Made by a program: the position numbers and the translations under genes. Below, in pieces: positions 1-9,000 of a stretch of 64,000 bases of DNA. Positions within the stretch are counted from its first letter, which is position 1, and every line of letters begins with the position of its first letter. Origin of the DNA: Parcubacteria group bacterium (GTDB taxonomy: Bacteria; Patescibacteriota; Minisyncoccia; 2-02-FULL-40-12); assembly GCA_016186395.1 (NCBI GenBank), contig JACPLU010000006.1:7948-71947 (forward strand), given 5' to 3'. The notes beneath the pieces are model-generated. The model was not told the DNA's origin and did no database searches. It saw only the letters and a list, made by a program, of their open reading frames with translations.

Positions 1-177
1 GAAACCATTCAAAAAATGGCGGAAGTGCTTAACAATGAAGAAATATCTAAAATTTCTCACTCCGATATTCTGTGGGATGAAATCAAAGAAATTAAATCTG
101 TTGGTTTAGAAAAAACATATGATCTGGAAATAGAAGGAACCCACAATTTTGTTGCCAATGACTTTATTGTTCACAAT
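1..177 (+). mobile_element. C-terminal end of an intein embedded in dnaE (blocks F/G); splice junction HN|S at 172-180
   Basis: Translation LWDEIKEIKSVGLEKTYDLEIEGTHNFVANDFIVHN followed by S. This is the canonical intein C-terminal motif: His-Asn followed by a Ser/Cys/Thr at extein position +1. Confidence 0.7.
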
Positions 178-1128
178 TCCCATGCCGCATGTTACGGCCG
201 TGTTGCTTATCAAACCGCGTATATGAAAGCAAACTTTCCCATCGACTATATGTGTGCCGTTTTACGAGCAGAAGCTGGTAACATAGAAAGAATTGCCGAG
301 ATAATTGACGAATGCCAACGAATGAAAATAGAAGTTCTACCACCGGATATAAACGAAAGTTTTGATAATTTTTCTATCCCCTCCCTTCAGGAACAAAAGA
401 TACGTTTTGGTTTATTGGCAATCAAAAATGTAGGAGAAAACCTAATTAAATCTATAATTGAACAAAGAACGAGTAATGGAGAATTTAAATCAATAGAAGA
501 TTTGGTCAACCGCATTCAAAATAAAGACTTAAATAAAAAATCCCTAGAATCATTAATTCGTTGTGGAGCACTTGATCAGCTAGGTGAACGAAATCAGCTT
601 CTGGCAAATGTTGACCAGCTTTTAAATTACGGCAGAGAAACACAAAAAAACTCAAGCGGCGGACAAATTAGTCTTTTCGGCGCGAACGAAGAGGTCCCGT
701 TACCCTCAATTAGACTAGTGTCTGCGGAACCGGCATCTAAAAATGAACGTTTAACCTGGGAAAAAGAACTTTTAGGGTTATTTATTTCTGACCACCCAGT
801 TAAAGATTACCAACTAAAACTTCAACTTGATTTTGGCACAACTGATATTAGACTCGCTACCCAAAGACAAGGCTCAAATGTAAAAATAGGCGGACTGCTC
901 ACAAAACTTCAAAGAATAACGACTCGAACCGGCCAACTAATGCTTTTTGGCTGGCTGGAAGATTTAACGTCTAAAGTTGAGCTAGTTATATTCCCTAAAG
1001 TTATAGAAAAAAATCCTGCTGTATGGCAGGAAAACAAAATCATCGTAGTCAGAGGACGCGTTAACGAAAAAGACGGAATCCCAAAGATTATTTGCGATGA
1101 AGCAACATTAGTTGCGAGCTTAATTTAA
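1..1128 (+). CDS. dnaE: DNA polymerase III alpha subunit (DnaE), C-terminal part; the 5' end lies outside the window. The first ~59 codons belong to an intein.
   Basis: The reading frame is open from base 1. After the intein junction the protein reads SHAACYGRVAYQTAYMKANFPIDYMCAVL, which matches the conserved FNKSHSAAYALVSYQT region of DnaE. Confidence 0.8.
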   Translation, partial: ETIQKMAEVLNNEEISKISHSDILWDEIKEIKSVGLEKTYDLEIEGTHNFVANDFIVHNSHAACYGRVAYQTAYMKANFPIDYMCAVLRAEAGNIERIAEIIDECQRMKIEVLPPDINESFDNFSIPSLQEQKIRFGLLAIKNVGENLIKSIIEQRTSNGEFKSIEDLVNRIQNKDLNKKSLESLIRCGALDQLGERNQLLANVDQLLNYGRETQKNSSGGQISLFGANEEVPLPSIRLVSAEPASKNERLTWEKELLGLFISDHPVKDYQLKLQLDFGTTDIRLATQRQGSNVKIGGLLTKLQRITTRTGQLMLFGWLEDLTSKVELVIFPKVIEKNPAVWQENKIIVVRGRVNEKDGIPKIICDEATLVASLI

Positions 1129-1673
1129 AGTATGTCGTTGGGATCCAACTGTGATGTGTCTAAATTCGGGTCCAATTCAATACCATTTTCTACAGCAAAA
1201 CCGGGTAATGGAGTTAGGGTAAGAAAATGCACTTTTCCTAATCCCATATCAGTCAAAACCTTAGCAACAGCCTCCAAGAATATTTTGATAAAGACACTGT
1301 GCCAAATTTCTAAGGTTTTTCTACTTAGTTCCTCAAAATATATCCTTGAAAAAACAATGTATTCCTGAACTTTTGGTTCTTTCAATAATCTAATGAGCCT
1401 ATCCAGATTTTCGTCGGCCAATTCCTGCCAGGAAACTTCAGCCATAGAATAAAAAACTGATTTACTTTTTTGCCCAAGCTCTCCTTCAAAAGCCGATTCT
1501 AAACGCATCATAGCCTCTTTTACTTTATTTGGGTCCTGATTAAATACCGGTAATAAATTAAGGGTTTTTTGGTGTTGAGCTAATACACTAGCTAAATATT
1601 GATCAATAATATCGTTTATGTGAAAAAGTTCTAATGCCTTTTTGACTTTAACGGCTTTAGTTGCTTTTTTCAT
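1125..1673 (-). CDS. hypothetical protein
   Basis: 182-aa ORF that fills the gap between dnaE and thrS. I recognise no motif. Confidence 0.45.
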   Translation of the reverse strand: MKKATKAVKVKKALELFHINDIIDQYLASVLAQHQKTLNLLPVFNQDPNKVKEAMMRLESAFEGELGQKSKSVFYSMAEVSWQELADENLDRLIRLLKEPKVQEYIVFSRIYFEELSRKTLEIWHSVFIKIFLEAVAKVLTDMGLGKVHFLTLTPLPGFAVENGIELDPNLDTSQLDPNDIL

Positions 1674-1777
1674 TTTGATTCTCCGAGGTTTTTAAGTTTC
1701 TACTTTTATCTAACGTTAGAACCTAAAAGTATGGTTGTCAAGATGAGCTTTGACTTAAATTTTAGTATATTTATTCC

Positions 1778-3010
1778 ATGTCATCAGGAGATACAAATTC
1801 CAAGTCACAAACTACCAATTTAACTGATCATCGAGATATCGGCCAAGCACTTGATCTTTTTAGTTTTCACAGTGTTGCCCCAGGAACAGTATTTTGGCAT
1901 GGCAACGGTATGATTATTTGGCGGGAACTTGAAAAATATTTAAGAGAGAAATTAGATACTCTTGGCTATCAAGAAGTTTCAACTCCAATTATGGTAAAAA
2001 AAGAACTTTTTGAAAAATCTGGTCATTGGCAACACTACCGCGAAAACATGTTTACATTAGATGTTGATGACGAAATATATGTTTTAAAACCAATGAATTG
2101 TCCAGAAAGCACATTAATTTATTCGTCTAGAGTGCGATCCTATCGCGACTTACCAATTCGAATGTCAGAAATCACTGATAAAATTCACAGAAAAGAGTTA
2201 TCTGGAACTCTGGGTGGCTTACTTCGAGTAAGACAAATGACTCAAGACGATGCCCATCACTATGTTCGACCAGACCAAATTGGAGAAGAAGTTAGTAATT
2301 TACTCGATTTAATTAAAGAATTCTATTCACATTTCAACATGTCCCTATCTTTCAATCTAGCAACAAAACCGGACAATTCAATGGGCGATCCAAACATCTG
2401 GTCCGAAGCTGAAAAAGATCTAGAATCGGTATTGAAAAAAGCTAAAGTAAAATATCAAATTAAAGAAAAAGATGGAGCATTTTACGGACCCAAAGTTGAT
2501 ATCAACGCGACCGACTCTCAAAACAGAGAATGGACTATTGCAACCATTCAACTTGATTTTCAATTACCGGAAAGGTTTGAATTAGAGTATGTTGCCGAGG
2601 ATGGATCCAAAAAACGACCCGTTATAATCCACAGAGCTATCGCTGGAAGTTTCGAGAGATTTATTGGCGTATTACTTGAACACACTGAAGGTAAACTTCC
2701 AACCTGGCTTTCTCCAACTCAAGCAATTATTATGCCCATCAGTGAAAAACAAACCGACTATGCTAAAAAGGTTTTCAACAATTTTAAAAAAGAAGATATC
2801 CGCGTTCAATTCAACAACTCAAGCGAAACCATTTCCAAAAGAATTCGTGAAGCAGAACTGCAAAAGATTCCATATATTTTGGTTGTTGGCGAGAAAGAAG
2901 AAGACAACAGTAATATAAGTGTTAGACAACGTTCTGTTGGAGATATTGGGGCCATGCAAACCGAAGAAATTCTGAAAAAAATAAAAAAAGAAATAACCGA
3001 TAGGATCTAA
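1778..3010 (+). CDS. thrS: threonyl-tRNA synthetase, minimal form (catalytic core plus anticodon-binding domain; no N-terminal TGS/editing domains)
   Basis: Class II motifs and ThrRS-specific HRDIGQALDLF...APGTVFWHGNGMIIWRELE...GHWQHYRENMF. The ORF is only 410 aa and the upstream intergenic region is about 100 nt, so there is no room for an N-terminal domain. Confidence 0.85.
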   Translation: MSSGDTNSKSQTTNLTDHRDIGQALDLFSFHSVAPGTVFWHGNGMIIWRELEKYLREKLDTLGYQEVSTPIMVKKELFEKSGHWQHYRENMFTLDVDDEIYVLKPMNCPESTLIYSSRVRSYRDLPIRMSEITDKIHRKELSGTLGGLLRVRQMTQDDAHHYVRPDQIGEEVSNLLDLIKEFYSHFNMSLSFNLATKPDNSMGDPNIWSEAEKDLESVLKKAKVKYQIKEKDGAFYGPKVDINATDSQNREWTIATIQLDFQLPERFELEYVAEDGSKKRPVIIHRAIAGSFERFIGVLLEHTEGKLPTWLSPTQAIIMPISEKQTDYAKKVFNNFKKEDIRVQFNNSSETISKRIREAELQKIPYILVVGEKEEDNSNISVRQRSVGDIGAMQTEEILKKIKKEITDRI

Positions 3011-3033
3011 AAACTCGGCTAAAGCCGAGTTTT
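3009..3033. terminator. bidirectional intrinsic terminator hairpin between convergent thrS and the membrane-protein gene
   Basis: aaactcggc-taaa-gccgagttt, a perfect 9-bp stem, followed by aagtttttt. Confidence 0.6.
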
Positions 3034-3694
3034 AAGTTTTTTCGGAATGAATTGTGTTTTTAATATTATCCAAACTCTCCCAGACAGAACCACTATTCAA
3101 ATCTATTTTATCTAAACCAATCAAAGGAATGATTTTTTGCCAAAGATAACTAAATAAGCCAATTTTACATATGTTACCAATCAATAAAATCAAAAGGCCA
3201 TATTGAATGTGATTCAATTTTATAAATCCGATACCTAAATGAAAAAAAGTTGGTATGAGCCCGGAAATGAATACCCCCAAATAATCTTGGTCAAAAACAA
3301 CAACTTTTAAGTTTTTACCAATTATTGACAAGAGGCCGATGGCCAAAATGAGAGAAGCAGAGGCTACTCCAGCTATTTTCAACCGTTTTTTGAAAATACC
3401 AGGCAAACTATAGAATAATCGTTTTTCCTTGTTCAAATACCTTACAAAAAGATAACCTACCCCCACAAACATTAAACTAATAACAACGGCCGGAAATTTA
3501 TGCAAGGTTTTACCCAAAAAACTGCCCCAGAAACCATAGTACCAAAATAACATTTCACATGTTCCCGAAATTGAACTAAAAATAAAAGCCTTAAAAACAC
3601 TAAAACGAGCTATTTGCCAAGCACATGATCCTAATTCTGCGTTTATCAAAGTGACACCAATAGGAATCAAATAACGTTTACTGAATTTACGCAT
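3032..3694 (-). CDS. polytopic membrane protein, hypothetical
   Basis: 220 aa with several hydrophobic segments. Confidence 0.5.
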   Translation of the reverse strand: MRKFSKRYLIPIGVTLINAELGSCAWQIARFSVFKAFIFSSISGTCEMLFWYYGFWGSFLGKTLHKFPAVVISLMFVGVGYLFVRYLNKEKRLFYSLPGIFKKRLKIAGVASASLILAIGLLSIIGKNLKVVVFDQDYLGVFISGLIPTFFHLGIGFIKLNHIQYGLLILLIGNICKIGLFSYLWQKIIPLIGLDKIDLNSGSVWESLDNIKNTIHSEKT

Positions 3695-3758
3695 TCACTC
3701 CCCTCTTTTTTAAAGGTCCAAGTAATAAATTTACTAACTATTAAATAGCATAATTGAT

Positions 3759-5555
3759 TTAATTAGTCACCAATTCTTTCTTCAACAACTCCTCTGCAAC
3801 TTGTGGATTGGCTTTGCCTTTGGTTTCTTTCATTACTTGACCGACAAGAAACTTCAAGGACTCCTGCTTACCTTTTTTATAATCTTCAACTGCTCTTTGA
3901 TTATTGGCAATAACATTTTTAACCGCGATTGTAAGCTCCCCCGAATCTGAAACCTGACCCAGATCTTTTTCTTTCATAATTTGTTCGGGATGCAATCCGG
4001 TTTCAGTCATTTCTTTTAATATAACCTTTGTGGCCGAAGAAGAAAGTTTTTTGTGGAAAAACATAACCATTAACTCGGCAAAGGCTTCCGGTTCAACTTT
4101 TATACCTGACAAATCTTCCAATTCGCTGGCATCTTTCATATTGAACAACACCGGAAATTCAGTAATTATAAAATTGGCCGCAAGCGCATGAAGCCTGCCC
4201 AGCAAATGTTTTTCATCAGAGAATTCTTTGACACTTCCACTTTTCAAATGTTCAACTTTAGCTTCTGAATCAAGTTCTGTGGCAACTTTTTCGTAATAAT
4301 CGCCCAAATGTTTCGCTTTGGTAAAAATTTCAATATCCCGCTCAGGCAGATTATACTGCTTTTTAAATCTATCACGCCTTTGCTGAGGTAGTTCTGGCAG
4401 ACTGACTAATAAACCGTCCACATCAATCTTAGTTGGCGGCACCCCCCCCTTTCTTTGAGAATCTTTTTCAATATTTGAGAATTCATTGGAAATAACCGCT
4501 ACGCTTTCATCACTAGCTTCTTTGAGAAGTTCACGAGAGAAAGAGGGGGGTCCTCGCCTTTGTAGCTTTTCGCTTATGCTCAAAAACAAAGGCGGGAGGT
4601 CCGGCTCCGGGAAATATCTATAATCGTGAGCTTCTTCTTTTGATCTTTGACTAACCGTTACACCTCTTACTTCGTCCCAACCTCTGGTTTCTTGAATAAC
4701 CCGTTCGCCACTATCTAAAAGCTCGCTTTGACGTTTAATTTCATATTCCACCGCTTGCATTGCTACTTTTATAGAGTTCAAATTTTTAATCTCCACTTTT
4801 GTACCTAATTTTTGATTTTTGATTTTTGATTTTTGATTTGAAGAAGTTAATATTTCGCTAAGCGAAATATTAACTTCGACACGCATTTGACCCTTTTCCA
4901 TATTTGCATCAGAAACGTTCAGATAACGTAAAATTAACTGAAATTCCTCGGCAAATTTTTTAACCTCGTTACCATTCTCTAAATCCGGTCTTGTTACTAA
5001 TTCCATTAACGGAACGCCGGCACGATTATAATCGACCAGCGAAGCTGGTCGCCCCGAGCCTGTCGAGAGGCTTTCATGCAAAAGCCTGCCCGCATCTTCT
5101 TCTAAATGAATGCGCTCAATTCTGATGCGCTTAACGTCTAAAGGCGAACGACTAAAGCCAGAGCTATCAATAGCTTTAGTCTTTAGACTTTCGTTGTTAG
5201 CCTTAGTCTTTAGACCTTGGTCATTAGACAGTATCTCTAAATAGCCGTCACGACATAACGGTTTTTGATACTGACTTATTTGATAGCCCTTTGGTAAATC
5301 AGGGTAAAAGTAGTTCTTTCTTTCAAAAAAAGATTCGTCTGCAATCTGGCAATGCAATGCCAAGCCAGCTTGAATCACTTTTTTCACAGCCTCCTGGTTT
5401 ATGACCGGCAATGTCCCTGGATGACCCATACAAATGGGACAAACATTAATATTTGGATGCTTTTCATCCGAATCATTTAAAGAATCGCAAAACATTTTAG
5501 TCTTGGTTTTAAGTTCAGCATGAATCTCCAGGCCGATTGTTGGTTTATAATTCAA
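3759..5555 (-). CDS. gatB: Asp/Glu-tRNA amidotransferase subunit B, expanded to 598 aa by four in-frame insertions
   Basis: N-terminus MNYKPTIGLEIHAEL...CPICMGHPGTLPVIN, plus RIERIHLEEDAGR and DYRYFPEPDLPP motifs. Confidence 0.9.
   Translation of the reverse strand: MNYKPTIGLEIHAELKTKTKMFCDSLNDSDEKHPNINVCPICMGHPGTLPVINQEAVKKVIQAGLALHCQIADESFFERKNYFYPDLPKGYQISQYQKPLCRDGYLEILSNDQGLKTKANNESLKTKAIDSSGFSRSPLDVKRIRIERIHLEEDAGRLLHESLSTGSGRPASLVDYNRAGVPLMELVTRPDLENGNEVKKFAEEFQLILRYLNVSDANMEKGQMRVEVNISLSEILTSSNQKSKIKNQKLGTKVEIKNLNSIKVAMQAVEYEIKRQSELLDSGERVIQETRGWDEVRGVTVSQRSKEEAHDYRYFPEPDLPPLFLSISEKLQRRGPPSFSRELLKEASDESVAVISNEFSNIEKDSQRKGGVPPTKIDVDGLLVSLPELPQQRRDRFKKQYNLPERDIEIFTKAKHLGDYYEKVATELDSEAKVEHLKSGSVKEFSDEKHLLGRLHALAANFIITEFPVLFNMKDASELEDLSGIKVEPEAFAELMVMFFHKKLSSSATKVILKEMTETGLHPEQIMKEKDLGQVSDSGELTIAVKNVIANNQRAVEDYKKGKQESLKFLVGQVMKETKGKANPQVAEELLKKELVTN
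5170..5232. repeat. cluster of short palindromic repeat units (TAGTCTTTAGAC) lying in-frame inside gatB
   Basis: tagtctttagac at 5176-5187, cttagtctttagacc at 5201-5215, cattagac at 5221-5228. On the minus strand these encode LKTKANNESLKTKA. Confidence 0.7.
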
Positions 5556-5582
5556 GGCTCAATGCTTAACGACAAAAGACCA

Positions 5583-5636
5583 AAGTTTAGATATTATTTT
5601 CTAGCCTTAGTCCATAGACTTTAAGCTGTAGTCAAC
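5583..5636. repeat. palindromic repeat-unit cluster, intergenic (gatB/thyX-like)
   Basis: ctagccttagtccatagactttaagctgtagtc, variants of the TAGTCTTTAGACTA unit. Confidence 0.6.
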
Positions 5637-5660
5637 TATTAATTTATCATGATTTTAAAT

Positions 5661-5687
5661 AACAAAAAAGCCCGGTGAACCGAGCTA
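5661..5687 (-). terminator. intrinsic terminator of the thyX-like gene
   Basis: On the minus strand: gctcggttcaccgggc hairpin followed by tttttt. Confidence 0.5.
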
Positions 5688-7337
5688 ACTAACGATTCTG
5701 TTCTCTTTTCTTCTTTGCGCCGCCTCTGACTCTGCACGACTCCAGAAATAGTCGTTATAATCTACAAATTCCATCAAAGGAGCAATTAATAAATCCTGCT
5801 CGCATAACAATCGATGTGCTTTTTGAATTAGTTTACGATACGAAGGATGTCCTTGAGGAATTGTCCGTAGTTCCATCAAATGAAACGCTTCTCTATGATT
5901 CATCCCCATATACCAACGAATGTTAAATAGAAAAAGAACTGCATATTGAGCAACTTTCTTTCCGACGCTAACCAACAACTTATCGTATAAATGATAAGAC
6001 CTTTCAACACAAGTTCGAAATTGTTTCCCCAATCCGGCTTCAATAACTTCTTCTGGTGTAACATATCCAAGGTAAGGATTTAAAAGTTGTCGTTGCTGAG
6101 TAAGCATTCTCTGTCGCTCAAGATCTCTATAAATCCCAAAATCACCTACAAAATCAAAGGTTATCGGATAACCAAATTCTAAACCACGGCCAGGTTTATT
6201 CCGTCTATTGCCCCTAACATCTTTATGCTGACAATATGCTTCCATAATCGCCTTTTTCTGATTAAAGGTGAGTAACTGACTGAAATCATAAAGTTCCCCC
6301 AGAGAAAGACAAGAAAAAGGATACAAAATATGCGCAATCGCCATAGATTCAAAATTCCAGTTACCTCCATAAAAAAGTTCTACTCGTTCTCTAGATACTG
6401 ATTCAATATGACCTAAATATCTATGGGCAATTTCTTCCATCTTTTCATTTACCGTTCGCAAATAAAAGTTAACATTCCCTCTTTTAACATAGTTTTCAAT
6501 AACCACCGATAATGCTCCTTTTGCTCTATCACCTAAATCTTGAAATTCAACCAAATCATGACTCTTTAATTTTGTAAGCATATTCTGATATCCTCTTCCA
6601 TTTCCGGATATACCAACATTTGTTAGAGTTGCTGCTGGCAAAAGTCCTCGAAGAGTATCGCAAGTTTTTGTTTTTATATCAGTTTTATACGTAACCGACC
6701 AAGCTCTTCTTTCTTTATCGTTATCCAACTCTTGAAGTTTATATGCCTTACTATCTCCCGCTCTTACAGCATACTCAGCCTCGTTCTCTGGTTTTAACCG
6801 CTTGAAATATTCTGACATGGGCTGAATTAGTTGAATATAAGTTTCAAGAACATAATCCAGTGTTGTCTCATATTCAGACAACAAACCGGCCTCAACAACT
6901 TCGACTGGTCTAAGATATCTCAACCTACCTTGACGATCTCTTTGGTCATAAACAACATAACGACTTGATTGCTCAATAGGCGAAAGACCGATACGGCAAT
7001 CTTCTATTTCCTTAGTTGCTAAATTAGAAACATTCTCAAGTGCCAAATGGGCATTCTCCAACTCACCAACCGAATCATCACCATAAGCGATTAAAACTCT
7101 TTCGACTAACTCGTTTAATTTGTCTAATTTTAATTTCCCTTTTTCATCTAAAAACTCCTTTAATAGACGAACTCTGGCTCCGCCTGCGGCTCTTGAGTAC
7201 CTGGCAAATACCGCCCCACCAACCCCATATAGGCTTGGCAAAAAAACAAAAATATCAGCACTAGGGTCACTAACATATTCTGCTAATATTTCTACTTCTT
7301 CTTTAGAAAAAATTGGGTCATACTCTGTACCTTGCAT
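5685..7337 (-). CDS. ThyX-family (Thy1 fold) protein, atypically long at 550 aa; possibly a tandem-duplicated fold with a diverged first active-site motif
   Basis: GELENAHLALENVSNLATKEIEDCRIGLSPIEQSSRY aligns to the ThyX [38 protein letters not shown] region. NGRGYQNML and AQYAVLFLFNIRWYMGMNHREAFHLMELRTIPQGHP align to the ThyX NARSLMNFLNLR / SHAQWEIQQYA region. The RHR triad is replaced by DCR. Confidence 0.5.
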   Translation of the reverse strand: MQGTEYDPIFSKEEVEILAEYVSDPSADIFVFLPSLYGVGGAVFARYSRAAGGARVRLLKEFLDEKGKLKLDKLNELVERVLIAYGDDSVGELENAHLALENVSNLATKEIEDCRIGLSPIEQSSRYVVYDQRDRQGRLRYLRPVEVVEAGLLSEYETTLDYVLETYIQLIQPMSEYFKRLKPENEAEYAVRAGDSKAYKLQELDNDKERRAWSVTYKTDIKTKTCDTLRGLLPAATLTNVGISGNGRGYQNMLTKLKSHDLVEFQDLGDRAKGALSVVIENYVKRGNVNFYLRTVNEKMEEIAHRYLGHIESVSRERVELFYGGNWNFESMAIAHILYPFSCLSLGELYDFSQLLTFNQKKAIMEAYCQHKDVRGNRRNKPGRGLEFGYPITFDFVGDFGIYRDLERQRMLTQQRQLLNPYLGYVTPEEVIEAGLGKQFRTCVERSYHLYDKLLVSVGKKVAQYAVLFLFNIRWYMGMNHREAFHLMELRTIPQGHPSYRKLIQKAHRLLCEQDLLIAPLMEFVDYNDYFWSRAESEAAQRRKENRIVS

Positions 7338-7359
7338 AACTTTTCTCCTTGTTTTTAAA

Positions 7360-7386
7360 ATACAAAAAAATCGGGTTTCCCCGATT
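7360..7386 (-). terminator. intrinsic terminator downstream of tmk
   Basis: On the minus strand: aatcggg-gaaa-cccgatt hairpin followed by a run of 7 T. Confidence 0.5.
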
Positions 7387-7395
7387 GTAGCAGAT

Positions 7396-8043
7396 CTATT
7401 TTTGTTTTAACAGCTCTAGTATTTTGTCACGAGCTTTTTGAAAAACATCTTCTGGGCTTAAAGTTGCATCAATCATAAACCAGCGTCTTGGTTCTTGTTG
7501 CAATTGGGCTAAATAGCCCTCCCGAACCACTTGGTGAAAGACTAAACTTTCTTGATCAAATTTATCCAACTCAACTTCCGACCTTCTTAAAATAGTTAAA
7601 CGTGGATCAATATCCAACAAAATTGTAAGACCGGGATATACTCTTTTACGAGCTATAGCCTCTATTGGAGTCATTGCTTCTAACGACAATCCTCTACCAT
7701 AATGCTGATAAGCAAAAGTAGAAGCAGTAAAACGATCACACAAAATTAAATATCCATCTTTTAATTTAGGCGAAATCACATCTACAATATGTTGGCATCT
7801 CCCGGCACAAAGAAGAAAAAATTCAGTCCAAGGATCTATATTTTCTGCGTCTCTAGATTTCAAAACTTGTCTAATTCTTTCCCCGAAATCCGTTCCTCCC
7901 GGTTCTCGCGTAGAAATTACTTTTATTCCAGAACTTAAAAAATATTCGTATAGCGAAGAAACTAGGGTTGTTTTTCCGCTTTTATCACCACCCTCAAAAG
8001 TAATAAATATTCCTGGATTTATCTCTGACATATACTTACTCAC
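7396..8043 (-). CDS. tmk: thymidylate kinase
   Basis: P-loop FITFEGGDKSGKTT, and REPGGT in the LID region. Confidence 0.85.
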   Translation of the reverse strand: MSKYMSEINPGIFITFEGGDKSGKTTLVSSLYEYFLSSGIKVISTREPGGTDFGERIRQVLKSRDAENIDPWTEFFLLCAGRCQHIVDVISPKLKDGYLILCDRFTASTFAYQHYGRGLSLEAMTPIEAIARKRVYPGLTILLDIDPRLTILRRSEVELDKFDQESLVFHQVVREGYLAQLQQEPRRWFMIDATLSPEDVFQKARDKILELLKQK

Positions 8044-8737
8044 TATCTAACTTTTCTTTTTTCCTACCAACTATCTCATAATCACTGTAAAGTCGTGGTA
8101 GCATAGAATAAGGCACCCAACTATTTTTCAAGGTTTCCAAATCTGTACCAGTTTGATACTTACCTTTTACTGAATAATCATCGTCTTCAAGAGGCCTTAC
8201 CTCATAAAATTTAATTTGACCAACACGCATTCCAGTCCTCAGAGGGATGTGATGGCGACAACTATTATTTGTAATCTCCATTGTCCAACGATTTACATAA
8301 CCAACATCACCCATTCCTGCACATTTACAAACTTCTATAAATGATCTACCCAGAGTTGAACGCGCTTTCATTTCAGAAGTGCAACAATTTCTTCCACCTA
8401 TAAATTCTTGTGTATGGGCCAATATTGTCTCACCTGGAGCAAGACATATTATTAAGTCTGATTCGATAAAACCATCTAAAGCAGTAATATTTAAATCCTG
8501 AATAAATTGGAAATAAGGAACTGCTCGTTGGGGTTCCTTTCCCCACACTCTTTCAATACTGGCCCTAGAGAAAGGATTGAAAATTGGTAAACCACCTTTT
8601 GAGTCTTGTTCCCTAAAATAATAATTACCCAAAGTTATATCATAACTGTTAGTACCTAGATTTCTTTCTTGAAAAGGATCAATGAGAATATTACCTAAAT
8701 TCATGTGTTTTAAAATATCCGGCCTTGATAAAAGCAT
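8036..8737 (-). CDS. dcd: dCTP deaminase / dUTPase-family protein
   Basis: ILKHMNLGNILIDPF...TNSYDITLGNYYF, LAPGETILAHTQE, GRSTLGRSFIEV and PLRTGMRVGQIKFYEV all align to E. coli Dcd. The gene overlaps tmk by 8 nt. Confidence 0.75.
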   Translation of the reverse strand: MLLSRPDILKHMNLGNILIDPFQERNLGTNSYDITLGNYYFREQDSKGGLPIFNPFSRASIERVWGKEPQRAVPYFQFIQDLNITALDGFIESDLIICLAPGETILAHTQEFIGGRNCCTSEMKARSTLGRSFIEVCKCAGMGDVGYVNRWTMEITNNSCRHHIPLRTGMRVGQIKFYEVRPLEDDDYSVKGKYQTGTDLETLKNSWVPYSMLPRLYSDYEIVGRKKEKLDSE

Positions 8738-8867
8738 ACTTTTCCTCCTTGTTAAGAAACTAAAAACAACCTAATGGTTGTTTTTAGTATAAAAGAAAAA
8801 GTTTTTATTGCAACTGTAACTATTTTACCTCCAACCTCAAACTCCTAGCTGTCCCTGCAATTTGGAC

Positions 8868-9000
8868 TTGACAGTAGTGCTATCAATATGATATACTTAC
8901 ACTATAGTCAGGACTTTAGCATGCCGGCGACCCAAGTGGCCGCGCTGGAAGCGATCCCTGGCTTAGCCTAGAGTCACGCGAGTGAATCTAGGCGTTTTTT
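8868..9000 (+). ncRNA. candidate small RNA, convergent on rplK; promoter at 8868-8897, transcript roughly 8904-9000
   Basis: TTGACA-18-TATACT promoter, then a GC-rich terminator hairpin cctagagtcacgcgagtgaatctagg and cgttttttatttt. No plus-strand ORF in the interval. Confidence 0.3.

Noticed and set aside
8904-9000. SRP (4.5S) RNA assignment for the convergent small RNA candidate
   Set aside because: The size is right and a GGAAGC motif is present, but the sequence does not fold into a single long hairpin and lacks the conserved helix-8 loop motifs.
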